Below the pieces are notes generated by a model. That model saw only the letters and a list, made by a program, of their open reading frames with translations. It searched no databases and had not been told where the DNA came from. DNA of 64,000 bases from Podospora anserina. Lineage: Eukaryota. The first letter of the stretch is position 1. Each line of letters starts with the position of its first letter. The stretch is taken from positions 1,612,001 to 1,676,000 of the forward strand of contig CM030336.1 in assembly GCA_017654855.1 (NCBI GenBank), read 5' to 3'. Positions 11,105-23,130 of the stretch are shown here, one piece after another. The position numbers and the translations under genes were made by a program.

Positions 11105-12144
11105 TTCTTTCTGCAAGTGCTATCGCGCAAAAATATCTCGATCGCGGGGTATCATAGGTCTCCTTCTTGTTCGTGCGCGGGCGTCGTCAAGTATTCGGGG
11201 TTAGGTCCAGGTAGGTAGAGCAAGTTGGGGTAGGTCGTGTTATAACATCTACAAGATAATCAAGTTCCAACGATCCAAGACAGGAGAAACGAATCGCACG
11301 ACAAGATCTCAAACACTGTCCCGCGCCCCTCAAACCAGCTCAGGGTGGCGGGGAGGGGCAATCACATCGCCTCCAAAGACATTCGACTCACCCAACCCAA
11401 CCCGGATCACCTATCCGAAATAAAAGTTGGGCGCATGGATAGCCCAAGGTCGATAAAGACTCCCAGACATGCTGAACAGATCGGGAGACACGTAGTTTCA
11501 GCTGATATAGTGCCCGGCGCAAAACATTCCAAGTCTGCAAAGTCATGCGACAAGCAAGTTGAGATGCAAGGCACCCACCCAACCGTGCGCGGGGCAGTCT
11601 TGGCCACTCAACTCAACTGACAGCAAACCAACCAACCCTCAAGACTCGCACGTACTTCTGTAGCTCTGCTTATCCCAGTTGGAGTCACAATCATGAGGAA
11701 TCAACAGCCCAAAAGGCCAAACACCAAAGCATCTCGTCTCTGCAAAGAGCTGTGAACTGGAAAAGAAGACTTAATAAAGCCCATGTTCGAAATCCAGGAA
11801 CGCGCGCCAAGAACCCCACCGTCGATCACCGCCCACCGGCCCGCGGCTCCACTCCACATCCACATGCCCACTTCCAAAAGGCCTGGCGAGGCGAGCCTGG
11901 CCAGAACACCACCCGACATGATGACATAAAAACAAACATCAATTCCACTACAAATACAAGTACGTGCTCAAAAAGATCGCAAACTCCATCCTCCATCCTC
12001 CGTCGTCACTCAACTCATCACAACTGACCACCTGCAGGGTACCTCTTGTATGCCATGCCCCCCTCCCCCATGCTACCGTTCATGCATGCACCCATCACTC
12101 GTCCCAAAATGCAAGCATCATCATACCTGGTATATCCCCTTGAC

Positions 12145-15100
12145 CTAATGCACTCCCGGTCCCTTATGCACAATGATCTCCTCCCCACCCACATCATCGT
12201 CGTCCGGGTCCTCGATACTCGTTCTCCTCTTCGCCTCTACCGCCCTGTTGATCTTCTGCCCATCCTCTCCAATGACGCCCTCATCCTCTTCCTTGCCAAG
12301 TTCCACCGGCTCCTCGGTGATGGCATTGGCAGGAGAAGATGACGACGTCGACGTCCCCGGCTCGCCCTCTGTCATCTTCTCTTGCTCCTTCTCCTTGTTC
12401 GCACCGAAGCCTTGACCCCCAAAAGGCCACAAGCTGCCAAACGAGCTCTTGGCAGCACTGGGGTGAAGAGCCATGGGCTTGACAAGAATCTTCTCCCTGG
12501 CTGGATCGATCCCGCTGACCATGGCTCCCGACGACTGAACCTCGGGCATGGCGAAATCACCAAACTCCTCGTCGTCAATGTCGTCTTCGTGGACGGCATC
12601 ATCCGAATCGTCAGTGTCATCCCGCCCGTCGCCGAAGCGTTCCTTCTCTTGATTCTCATTATCGCCTTGTCTCCTGCTTGAACTGCGACCGCCAACGACA
12701 CCTCTCCACCACGAACCTCTGTTCCACGCCGAGCTGCTTGCGCCTCCCTCGTCCTCGGCATTGTCGAGGTTGTCCTCGTCGCTGCTATTGTCCTCGTCAT
12801 CACCGTCATCGGCAAACGGGTTGCGCAGTCGCTCGCTTGCTGACAGGCTGGGAAGGGTGAAGGCATCCGAAGTCCCGTCGTCCGTGTTGGACGAGCTTCC
12901 TTCCTGCCCGCCATTCTCCGCAGCCGCAGCCGCATTCCGCTTGGCTAGGCGAGCCGCCAGCTGCATACGGGCTCTAGACGGCATAATGTTGAGAGGTGGT
13001 GGAGGTGGCGGCGGTGGCGGGATCGATGGCGGGTTCAAGGAATTGGACGAGTTGGCATTCAACGGATCGGTATACGCACGAAACTGAAAGCCAAGCCAGG
13101 GTTAGCACTTTGTCTGCAAAAGGTTGTGATGGCAACACAGGGGAGAAGGGCCGTATTGGTTTGGACAGGTAGGTCTGGAAAAGTGGAAAAGGAACCCTCA
13201 ACATGGCTCAAAGGCAAACGGTATGGAAATGGAAGGGGGGACCGACTCGCGCCACTTGTATGCCAAAGAAAAATAAGGATAGGAGAACCGGAGAGCCAAA
13301 AGACTTTTGGAAACCATAGTACCGGGGAACCCCGCTCGTCTAGCGCTTGCTCAAAATGCCTTGTAATCCTCTGTCAAGAAAAAAAAAGATGCAAATATCG
13401 CCAAAGAACCCCTTGATACCCAACTCTTTTCCACTATTCCTTCCCAATCACTCTGACGTGTCCATGGATTCATCAAGCCCTCGGGTGCGGGCGTCGATCA
13501 TGCTCTGGATGAATAGACTGAGAGCCTTGTCGTCTTCTGTGCATGGGTTGGGCCCATCCCGACTGTCTAGCACGTGGTCGTATGGAGGATCACGGCTTCC
13601 GGTGTCGTCTGGAACGTCCCTCGCCACAGACCCATGTTGCCTGATATCCCCAAAGCCCAGGGCCTCGTTGTGGGCAGCCTCTTCTTCGTCAAACGCCGAT
13701 GTGTTAGGACTGGTAGTTTGGTCGTCGCTCTCATGCCCTTCCCCGTAATCTGACCCTTCCGAGTCACTCGACTCGGCCCGTGCACCGAATCGGTAGCCGC
13801 CTCTCAGAGAATCCCCATACCCCCACGGCACCTCGGTGATGCTAGAACGGTCCTCTGGAGGATCAAGCAACCCACTTGGGAGAAAATACTGCACACTAAC
13901 AAAATCTTCACCAACCTCGTTATTGACATCCTCCTCGCTCTCTTGCTCCTCGTCCTCATCTTCATCGCTCGAGCTGCCGAAACCGCTCATCATGGTACCA
14001 CTGCTGATCCCAAACGGCGAGACACCGGCACCGGACCCGCCACCCAAGTCTGACCCGCCACCCAGGCCAGCCTCGGCAAGAGTGTTGGAGTTGTTTCCCC
14101 CCAGCCCGATTGAGCTCAGTCCGTTGAGGCCGACGCCCACCAAACTAGACTGGGCGGCCCGGTTGCTCATAGCAACCTCGGGCCTGACCCCTCCAAGAAT
14201 GGCATTATCACGCTCGCGAGTTTCAGCAAGCGCGCCCTCAACGTAGCTGATCCAATCCTGCGCCATGACCTTGTCCAAGACAACCTCGCTGAGCAGCTCG
14301 GGGGGGTGACGCTCCGTGAACTTGACCACTTCCTCGGCGATCAGCGTCAAATGGCCCATGTAACCCATGCGTGTCTTGTGTTGGGCCTGCGACTCTTCAC
14401 TGGCGAGCTGACCGTTGATGATTTGGTTGGTGATGTCGGCAGCCTCGAAGAGACTGATGGCCAGCGTTGGGTTGAAACCGCGATCCATAGGGCCGTTGAA
14501 CACCTGCTGCACGATATCGTAGACAACATTGTGAAGGAAGTTGTTCCAAGGGTACTTGAAGAAGAACCGAAGGATGGTGGGCACCACTTCCTGACGAACA
14601 AACTGCATCTTGAGATAGTCGCCGACCACCGGCCGGGGGGCGGTTGAGGCTCCCTCAGCAGGAGTGGCGCTGTCGCTGGCGGGGGCAATGATGATGGAAA
14701 TTTCCCCCGTGGTCTCATTGGCGTTGGCGCCGGCAGGTGAATCCTCAGCAGCTTCGGCCTTTGGTGGCGATGGCGATGGCTCTGACGTTTGCTCAGTCTT
14801 ATCTTTGGCCTCATCACCCTTGGCAGTAGCACTGGAAAATAAAGGAGCCGGCGTGTCACCAGGGTGGGGAGACAACGTATCGGCAGCATCAAGAGCCTTG
14901 GGGACGGAGGACTCGGTGCTCAACGCAGGCAATTCCGCCGTGGAGATTTCCTTGCTCTTGTCCGAAGTTTGCGGCTCTTTTTCGTCAGTCACTGGTTTGG
15001 GTGGGCTCTGTTGATCCTTGCTTGCACCAGTTTGAGCTGCCTTTTTGGTGGGCGACAGAGGCGCGACGACCAGATCAGGATCCTCGAAGGCCGGTGGTGA

Positions 15101-16741
15101 CTCCGCTCTCTTTTCCGCGTCAAGATCCTTAAAGTTCAGCCTTGGTGAACTGAGTGGCTCATCAACAAAGTCCGCGTCGTCCTTTTCAAGCATGGAAAAT
15201 GTTGGGGCTTGGGTAGGCGCAGGGGCATCCGGGAGCTCCAAAACATCGTCCGAGGTGTCATGGCTCACTTCCTCAAACCCATCGTCATCGGCAGATATGT
15301 TCATGACCTCAAGCTTCCGCCTCTCCTCAGCAGGCGATGACTGCGACGTGCGCATCGTCAGATCCTCGGTCGATGATGGCGTTTCATCAACCCCACGAGC
15401 AGGGATCAAACGGCCCTCTTCTCTCAACCGTTGTCGCTGAGCGTCACGGGCAGCAATAAACTGCTCAGAACCAACCTCGTTCAAGAGGCCCATGTTACTG
15501 CAGTGCAAAAGTTCTGCCATTAGCTCGCAGGTCTTGAAGCGATCAAAGCCAAGGGGTTCGATCTTATCGCCGAAAGTGGAGGAAAGACGTTCTTTTTGTG
15601 CCGTCGAGTTCATGATCAGGCTCATGAAATCTGGAACGTGGTCGGCAAAGAGGCGAAGAAGGGTTCCGAGATAAATGGGGTCGCGACACGACGGAGGAGC
15701 GTTGGCGTCGACGCCTTCGGGATCATAGTCCGAGTTGTTTTTGCGAATGACCTCAATGATGATGCCGACACCGCACGTGAGTGGGTTGCCACCCCCCAGC
15801 ATGTACTGGATCAACTGTTCGACACAAGGGCGGGAGACCAGCTGTCTTGTCAGCTCGTTCGGACCGATACACGTCTGTTCGTTTTGGGAAGCGTTGGCTG
15901 AGACAGTGATGATGGCTTTGATGAAGTCGGCGGCCGATGTTTGGGTGGCCCAGCTGTGCTCTGGTCCGAGGAAGGAGAGAAGAGTTGGCATCACGTTCTG
16001 GGTATATAGCCACTGCAGAAAGGTCACTGTCAGTCATTTCCCTCCCCTCGCGAGCTTGACATGTCATACCTCAACAACGCCTTGGCCGCTCTCTGTGCGC
16101 TCCAAGCTGATGATCTTCAACAGCAGATCCATGATCATGGGGCAGTCCACATGTCTCAAAATATCGGCAATGGCTCCCTCAAACGACTTGAGAAGGTCCA
16201 GCATTTCTTCCGTCTTTTTATCGAAGAGAGACTCGTTTACTTTGGTGAAGTAGCTGGCCTGCAAAGGATCGAGCGGCGTCGGCCTCTTGAGGAACTCCCA
16301 GAAATTCCGGAGGAGGGGTCTGCTTTCCATAAGAGCCTCGTGGATAGAGTAGTTGTCTGAGGACAGTATTTCGGCCGCCACGAAGGCGCATCGATTGCGC
16401 TTCTTTTCATTTTCCTCCTGGCCGCTGGGCTCGGTCGCTCGTGATGACGACCGAGACCTGGTGGTGGGAAAAACAGGTGGCCTTCCGATCTCGTCATCCT
16501 CTTGCTCCTCCTCCTCATCGGCATCTGGCGCCGCGACAGGTTTGAGCTTTGGCGCTACTACATATTGAAGAAGCTTCTCAAGCACCTGCTGCTCGCGCAG
16601 GTATTCAACGAGTTTGGGATTGTGCTGCTTAAGCTCTTGGATGAGGTCGCTTTCATCGAGAAGCTCCTCTAGTTGAAAGGACTCTTTCTCGAGGATCGTA
16701 TCGATGGCCGAGACATTGTAACCGCCGAACCTCCAAAACAT
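12145..16741 (-). CDS. SIT4/PP6 phosphatase-associated protein (SAPS family; Sap155/185/190, Ekc1-like)
   Basis: Starts MFWRFGGY; contains SAPS motifs IIIEVIRKNNSDYD, LGFDRFKTCELMAELLHCSNM, FFKYPWNNFLHNVVYD, GYMGHLTLIAEE. Introns at 16013-16069 and 13084-13915 join ...EDVNNE to FRAYTDPL... Confidence 0.92.
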
Positions 16742-18054
16742 GGTGGCTGTTGGCTCCAAGGCAGGTTGTGATGTGTTGTGATCAAGTGGGGTGTCGCGCA
16801 AAAGGGGCCGAGGGAAGCGATGCGTGCCCAATCGGCAGGCGGCTGTGTGTATTTCTGGTGTCCGAGAAAGCTGCAGCGACAGAAAAAGCGCAGCGAAAAC
16901 GGACGGGTATCTTAATGTCTAGTATCTGACGAAGAAGGAGAGGGTTAGCTTGCTGGCTGCCCTGGCCAAGATAATCGGGGAGGTGTTTGCCGAAGCCTCG
17001 TGGTGGGGTGGACAAACAACAGCACAATGTGCGATGCGAAGTCCAAGCGGGTAGGGTGTCGCAGCATGTGAAGAGGAGGCCTTGGCTAGAGTGTGTCCTA
17101 TACACCACCCGGCGATATGATGTAGCTTGCTGGTGAGAGGACTAGGTGGACAAGTGGTGGTGGCCCAAAGCCGGCGCCGGAAGACACGAGGAGGGGAAGA
17201 TTGGGGGACAGGAGTTGGAGGCCCAAACGTACAGAAATTTCCTTGAATGCAAATAATGGTACAGGGGACGAGGTAGCCGACGTTCGGGAAGAAAGGGGTT
17301 CTATTGTAATCAGCGTCGCCGGCTCCTGCGGCTGGGCTTCTGTGAGGTTTGTGTCGTCGGTTGATGCGATGGGAAGCTCTTGAATGTGTCGAAATGAGAA
17401 ATGAGGTCGACCCAGCGGTTGTCCCCCTCCCTAGGGTGCCTGCGGCTGCCCGCCCACCGCCCAGCCAGCCAAGGACGCGCTGAGAGGGTGGGTTGAAAGG
17501 CTCTGATTGGCCAGAAACAGCTCCATCAGCGGCACCTGCAAGAAAGACGCTTGGACCAGCTCCAACACCGGTTAGACCTCGACATCCAGATTGGCACGTG
17601 GTGAGCGTCATGTAGGCATTTCCATCCTGCATGACATATGGCTCCAGGGCGCCTACCAGGCCCAGACACTCGTTCATGTATGTACAAGAGAACAACGACC
17701 ACTTCCAACATGCCACGTTTTGATGTTTGCGAGCCTGGGAGCTCAAGGTGGTGAGTGCAGTTTCATCATCTCGACCCCCACGGCCTGGACACTTCGAACG
17801 CTCGGGCCATGTTTCGCGAGTCTCCCACCTCAACTTGTCACAAAAATGAAATATCGCCTCTAGACGTCATCAGATGATCAAGTACTACCTCGCCGTGAAA
17901 GCCTGGTCTAGTTGAAGTCGATCACTTGGCTTCATCTGCCGCGCACCCGTCATGGCAAATGCCTCTGACTGCTATCCGCCTGTCACCTAGAGCAGTTGTC
18001 ATCGAGCAGTATCATGAAAAAGGCATAACTGACAAGCCAGCATAGCATCGATGC

Positions 18055-19602
18055 TTACTCAAATGTCAACAAGACTGCCTCACTATCCCGAACCGACAAT
18101 TTTCCTCGCGCTTCCAAACTTTCTTCAGCCACTTGGCCCACAGCAACACCATTCTTAAACGACTGCCCAGCCCACGTCACCTTGGCAGCGTCTTTCTCAT
18201 CCACTGATGGAGCAGTCATACGCTTAACCGTCGCCCCTCTATGAGCCCCTAAATCCAACACAACCTCCCCTCTTTGCTCCTGCTGTCCAGCATAATACAG
18301 CTTCAAATTCAAGGCCACAATCTTGGTCACCCTCGTACCAGCAGCATCAAATATCGCATACGCCGAAAACTCCCTCTCTGCAATCCCCCGGGGCGTCTTT
18401 AGCGCAGCAATCCTCCCCCCTTCACTCAGTGCCTCCACCACCAGCAGCTGACTGACAAACACCGGTAACACCCTCGCCTCGCCCCTCTTGGTCGAGTTGA
18501 TCGGGTACAACAACGAATAGCTGCTAAATCCCGGCGTCCCATCATCTCCAGGTGTGTTCAGCTGCTGGTTACTCTGGAACACCAACGTTGCCCCCTGGTG
18601 CAAGTGCACGCTTGTCGCGTTTCTCACGGCGTATATTAGCTCCACGTCTGCCGTCCACAGCGCCTGTGCAAACGAGTCTGATACTCCTGGTTTTCCGCTA
18701 CAAGCAATCGAGTTGAACTCCCCGATCACCCACTCACCCTTTTGCTGCATGGCTAGCTTGGCAGAAGGATAGATTTCATGGTCGGCGTAGCGGAGTAGGT
18801 CAGTGTGGTTGAGGATGTTCGGGATTGTAGCCAATCGCTCACGAGCGGGGTCACAAGTTGCAAACGCGTACGAGTGGATGGAGTACTGCGAGACTTGGCC
18901 GGTGTTGTTGATGCCGGCCGGGATGAGGTCTGCTGGACGGACCTTGAGAGGGGTGATGTCGGTTGTTGCGCTTGATGCCCACCATTTTCCGCTGCTGTGG
19001 CCAGTCCGGTTGCCACCCAGAGCACTGTTGATCTGATTAACAAAGGAGAGCCATTGATCGACGTAAGCCTTCGTGCTTCCCTGCCAGCGAGAGGTGGGAT
19101 AGTTTGTGGGCTCGTTGCCTAGCTCATAGTGGATGATCTTGTCTTTCTGGAGGTTGTAGGATGCGAGGGCAAGGTCTCTGGCTATGGGGACAGAGTTGTT
19201 GCCAAAGTTGAGAGTAGAGACGAACGTGGTGCCCTCGGGGAAGTTGTCCCAGGAGCGGTAGAAGGCTGGCCCGATGGTGGTTCGGTAGATGCCTCCTTTG
19301 CTGTTCTCAGTGCGGACAACAGATGTTTTCTGGGAAGGGTCAAATATCATGCTGTCCATCGTGATGCCTCCCGCCCTGATGATGGGACGAGCACCGCGCT
19401 CGTGGAGGTGGTTGAGGAGGGTGTACGTCAGGTTGCGGGGGGCGTCTGGTTCGCCGAAGAACTCGACCCAGAAGGCCGGCTCGAAGGAGTAGCTGACGAA
19501 CTGCGGCACATGTGACTGCGAGATTGAAGATGCGGGAACAAGGCTTAGTGAGGTATTCACTGCTGACGCCCCTGCCAGCAATGATGCTGCAGTTATTTTC
19601 AT
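18055..19602 (-). CDS. Secreted glycoside hydrolase family 79 (beta-glucuronidase-like)
   Basis: Signal-like start MKITAASLLAGASA; motifs FVSYSFE, IRAGGIT, YELGNEP (acid/base), WVIGEFNSIACSGKPGVSDSFAQALW (nucleophile), and a C-terminal VTWAGQSF domain. Confidence 0.88.
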   Translation of the reverse strand: MKITAASLLAGASAVNTSLSLVPASSISQSHVPQFVSYSFEPAFWVEFFGEPDAPRNLTYTLLNHLHERGARPIIRAGGITMDSMIFDPSQKTSVVRTENSKGGIYRTTIGPAFYRSWDNFPEGTTFVSTLNFGNNSVPIARDLALASYNLQKDKIIHYELGNEPTNYPTSRWQGSTKAYVDQWLSFVNQINSALGGNRTGHSSGKWWASSATTDITPLKVRPADLIPAGINNTGQVSQYSIHSYAFATCDPARERLATIPNILNHTDLLRYADHEIYPSAKLAMQQKGEWVIGEFNSIACSGKPGVSDSFAQALWTADVELIYAVRNATSVHLHQGATLVFQSNQQLNTPGDDGTPGFSSYSLLYPINSTKRGEARVLPVFVSQLLVVEALSEGGRIAALKTPRGIAEREFSAYAIFDAAGTRVTKIVALNLKLYYAGQQEQRGEVVLDLGAHRGATVKRMTAPSVDEKDAAKVTWAGQSFKNGVAVGQVAEESLEARGKLSVRDSEAVLLTFE

Positions 19603-20952
19603 GGACGTGATCATGGGGTTGACGAGCTGTAGGGATAACCACACAAGTGTGATGGCTTAGAACATCCGAGTAAATTCATCCATAGGTGCCTACCCGTCTC
19701 CTCATATATCTGCCTTTCCCTGGAGGGGCCCTGGCAAGCGCTCGGTTAAGATTGATGGACTTCATTTTTCCTTATTTCCCATGATGCGGGGTCCTCTTCC
19801 CACTCTGCGCGGAGATGATCCGGGTATGTTGCGATTGCAACCTTCTCCAAGTGCGAGATGCCATCATGGCCATCTTTTCAAAGGGCAGCACGATATGTTG
19901 GGATTCCTCGTTACCCTGTGCCTCCTCTTATAACCTGAATCATGGGGTTTTAAACTGGCTTATCTGGGCTCTAATCTACCCACCTCGCTCAGAATTCAAG
20001 CTTTGCTCACCGTCCTCATGGTTAGGTAGTTTGGGTCGCTCATGATCTATTCACCGTGCCGACGGCTTCCTTACTCGCTGCTGGCAGCACTCTTGTCTTA
20101 GTGTATCTGGGATGATACGTTTTTCCCTTCCTTGAAGTTTCAAGTTCGAGACAAACAGTCATAGTCAATGTACTGGTGTCCCACACTTTCTTACAGGGTA
20201 CAGTTCCCGACATGTGGGCAAGACAGTGGAACACTTTTTTCTTCCGGGTGAAAAAAAGGCGGCGTACCCAGCGGGTGTGCCCAACTGTTTCAATACCCGT
20301 CGGCAATATTTCTATTATCCAGGAGGAAAATCGCCGTTAACAACGGAGACTGGACTATGAACGTCGAGGCCATTGAGGCAACAGTTCAAGTTGCAATGAC
20401 CAACTACCACTCTCCGCCACCTCAGCCACACACCCAAGATTACACATATGTGGCTGTGAATGAGGAAATTCTGAAGAGCAAGAGCGGAGGGCAGGCAAGA
20501 CTGGAATGTGGGGTTTGGTACTAGACTGGGAGAAAATGGCAAGGCCGTTAATGGCCCAGCTGATGACTCCCACCATGGCCCCCGAGCTTCCGCTCAACCG
20601 ACCTAGCAGACACATCTCCAGCTAAGTGTGGTCCGGCTCGGCCGTATGCCCCCAAGTAAATTGGGTGCTTGTGGAGAGACAGATGTAAGACCGGGACAAA
20701 CCTTCCCGCTAATACAACCTTGGTCTGCATGTTGATCTTTGCCAAGGTACAAGGATACCTACCTATCGTTCGTTACTCACACCCCCCTAGCCACGCAACC
20801 CACCCGATCACCATAGCATCTCGACCTGCAAGTGACACAGGTACACGTCTTACCCCGAGGCTAGTCAGTGGACATAATTAGCAGTGTTTGGCATCCTCGC
20901 CCGTCTTTCCAGCCTTCTCCTCTACCAGCACGACAAACGAAAAACAGCAAGA

Positions 20953-23130
20953 ATGATGGACACCAAGGTTCTCTCGCGAGATGATATTGACAACGAAACA
21001 CTCGAGATCATAGCCGAAGCGTGCCAGATTTCGACGAAGGATATTGAGGACATCTACAGTTGCGTACATCAACAACTCGACCATGTCAGCCACAGCCAGC
21101 CGGGCCGATCCGAATGGTTTCAAATCGTGCTCTCCTTTGATGAGGGGATAGAGCTTGAACGGTGGTGCAGGGCTCTGCAGAGAGTCGTGAGGGCTAACGC
21201 CGTGTTGCGCACGAGATTGGTTCAATGTCGGGGGCTGGGAGTGTTACAGGTGGTCATCAAGGAGGACCACGCCACAGAACACCTCTCTGGAGACGTTGAG
21301 GAATATTTGAGAGATGACCAGGCTCGACGGATGGACTTTGGGGTCCCTCTTCTGCGCTCAGCCTTCATCGGCAGGAGCTTTGTTCTGACCATTCACCACG
21401 CCATTATGGACTACTGGTCGTTAACCACGCTAGTTCAGCAGGACATCGTCATGGCCTTCCTCGGGGAAGCACCTCCGGAAAGACCTCAGTTCAAAGAGTT
21501 CGTGGCTCACTGCCTCGCCATCGACGAAGGAGCCGCCAAGGCCTTTTGGGCCTCCCGCTTTGATAGCCGCCGTCTTCCCGTCATCTTCCCGCCTGTTGCA
21601 CCTGGGCATACACCCTACCCCAGCCAAGCCGTGGAGAAAGAAATCGTCTTGACACACCAGCTGGGCCCCGGAAGCATCTCCCCAACACACGTCCCCACCT
21701 TCGCCGAGGCCGCTTGGGCACTTACAGAGGCCACTTACGCCGACAGCGACAGCATCTCGTACGGATTTGTCCTTTCTGGACGCTCCCCGACGCTTGGCGG
21801 CCTCGAATCAACCCTGGGACCGATGCACGTCGAGGTGCCCATGCAAGTCAACCTCAACATCCAACAGCGCAAGGGCATGACGGTGGAGCAACTCGTGAAG
21901 GACAGGGCAGCCTCGCTGCGTCAACTCCAAGCACACCCCGCACTCCAGTACGGCTTGACCAACATCTCTCTTGTGAACGAAGCGGCCCAGGTCTCGTCCA
22001 AATTCCAGACGCTTTTCAACATCATCCCCGCGCTACCTCCGAAGTTCTCCGCCGCGTCTGACGCACCAGCCCCGATACGGATGGATCGTGTGCTTTGGCA
22101 GGCGCGGACGCTACCGGCCTTGATACTACGCTGCAAACTGGAGTCGATCAACCGAGATGGAGCAACGCAGGGTCCTGGGGCGACTAGGATTTTGCTCAAG
22201 ACTTTGTACGACCCCGCAGTCCTCCCTGAACGGCAGCTACATCGCATTCTGAATCAGTTTGAGCATACACTTCGCGTGCTGGCCGAGGTTCCTCTGACCT
22301 CCAGATTGGACAGGCTTCCGCTCTTCAACAAGCATGATTTGGGTGAAGTGATGCGCTGGAATCATGATGGAGCGCTGAGAAACGGAAGGTCCATCGATGC
22401 CGCCTTGGGCGCATTGTTTCCAGGAATCCCCTCGGGTCGCTGCAAAGTTTGGTTGGCAAGCCTGCAGAATCCCAACGAACTTGCGCCGATTGGGAGCGTA
22501 GGACAGCTTTGGCTGGAAGGCCCGGAGCTTTCTTCCGCTTCCTCTCCCTACCTCTTGTCAACCTTGCAACAGCAAGTTCCTCCGTGGGTGTTATCCTCTG
22601 ACAGCCACCACCCACAACCCACCGGACTGTTCATTCGCACAGGGTATCTCGCCAAGTATATCGAGACAGGCAGCGGGGAAGATAACGAGCTGTGCGTCGT
22701 GGGACGGCAAGAGAACCGGGTCAAGATCAACAATCAAACGGTTCAGTTAGAGGAGGTCGAGGGCTTGATTATGCACCATGACGATGTCCAAGACGCTGCC
22801 GTTTTCACCAAAATCGCTGCCGGGCGCACGCAACTCGTCGCAATGGTTGTGCCAAGATGCACCGTGACCCCTGGCGATACGGACTCGGACTCATCATCAG
22901 ACACGGAGGCCATTTTTGCGGGGGAGATAAAGGAGATGAGGGGTCAGCAGCTGCTTCTGGACTCGGTTCGTCGCCATGCGGGTGAGGGTTTCTCTTCTGA
23001 AAGACACAAGATCCCGACAGTCTGGCATGCCATTGAACAATTTCCATATCTCGAAGAAGGCAGCGGAATCAGTGGGTTGCATACAGTCGACCGGGAAGCT
23101 CTTCGCAGGTGGTTGAAACTGCGGCGTTGA
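20953..23130 (+). CDS. NRPS-derived protein: intact condensation domain plus internally deleted, degenerate adenylation domain; no T domain
   Basis: C-domain motifs IEDIYSC, LRTRLV, TIHHAIMDYWS, ISYGFVLSGR, LGP...VP, FQTLFNI. The sequence then jumps from the WN start of an A domain directly to late A motifs (LAPIGSVGQLWLEGP, FIRTGYL, GRQENRVKINNQTVQLEEVE, VDREAL). Confidence 0.85.
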   Translation: MMDTKVLSRDDIDNETLEIIAEACQISTKDIEDIYSCVHQQLDHVSHSQPGRSEWFQIVLSFDEGIELERWCRALQRVVRANAVLRTRLVQCRGLGVLQVVIKEDHATEHLSGDVEEYLRDDQARRMDFGVPLLRSAFIGRSFVLTIHHAIMDYWSLTTLVQQDIVMAFLGEAPPERPQFKEFVAHCLAIDEGAAKAFWASRFDSRRLPVIFPPVAPGHTPYPSQAVEKEIVLTHQLGPGSISPTHVPTFAEAAWALTEATYADSDSISYGFVLSGRSPTLGGLESTLGPMHVEVPMQVNLNIQQRKGMTVEQLVKDRAASLRQLQAHPALQYGLTNISLVNEAAQVSSKFQTLFNIIPALPPKFSAASDAPAPIRMDRVLWQARTLPALILRCKLESINRDGATQGPGATRILLKTLYDPAVLPERQLHRILNQFEHTLRVLAEVPLTSRLDRLPLFNKHDLGEVMRWNHDGALRNGRSIDAALGALFPGIPSGRCKVWLASLQNPNELAPIGSVGQLWLEGPELSSASSPYLLSTLQQQVPPWVLSSDSHHPQPTGLFIRTGYLAKYIETGSGEDNELCVVGRQENRVKINNQTVQLEEVEGLIMHHDDVQDAAVFTKIAAGRTQLVAMVVPRCTVTPGDTDSDSSSDTEAIFAGEIKEMRGQQLLLDSVRRHAGEGFSSERHKIPTVWHAIEQFPYLEEGSGISGLHTVDREALRRWLKLRR

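Noticed and set aside
16919-17833. 304-aa minus-strand ORF upstream of the SAPS gene
   Set aside because: No recognisable motifs, no ATG at the listed start, and it lies over the likely promoter and 5' UTR.
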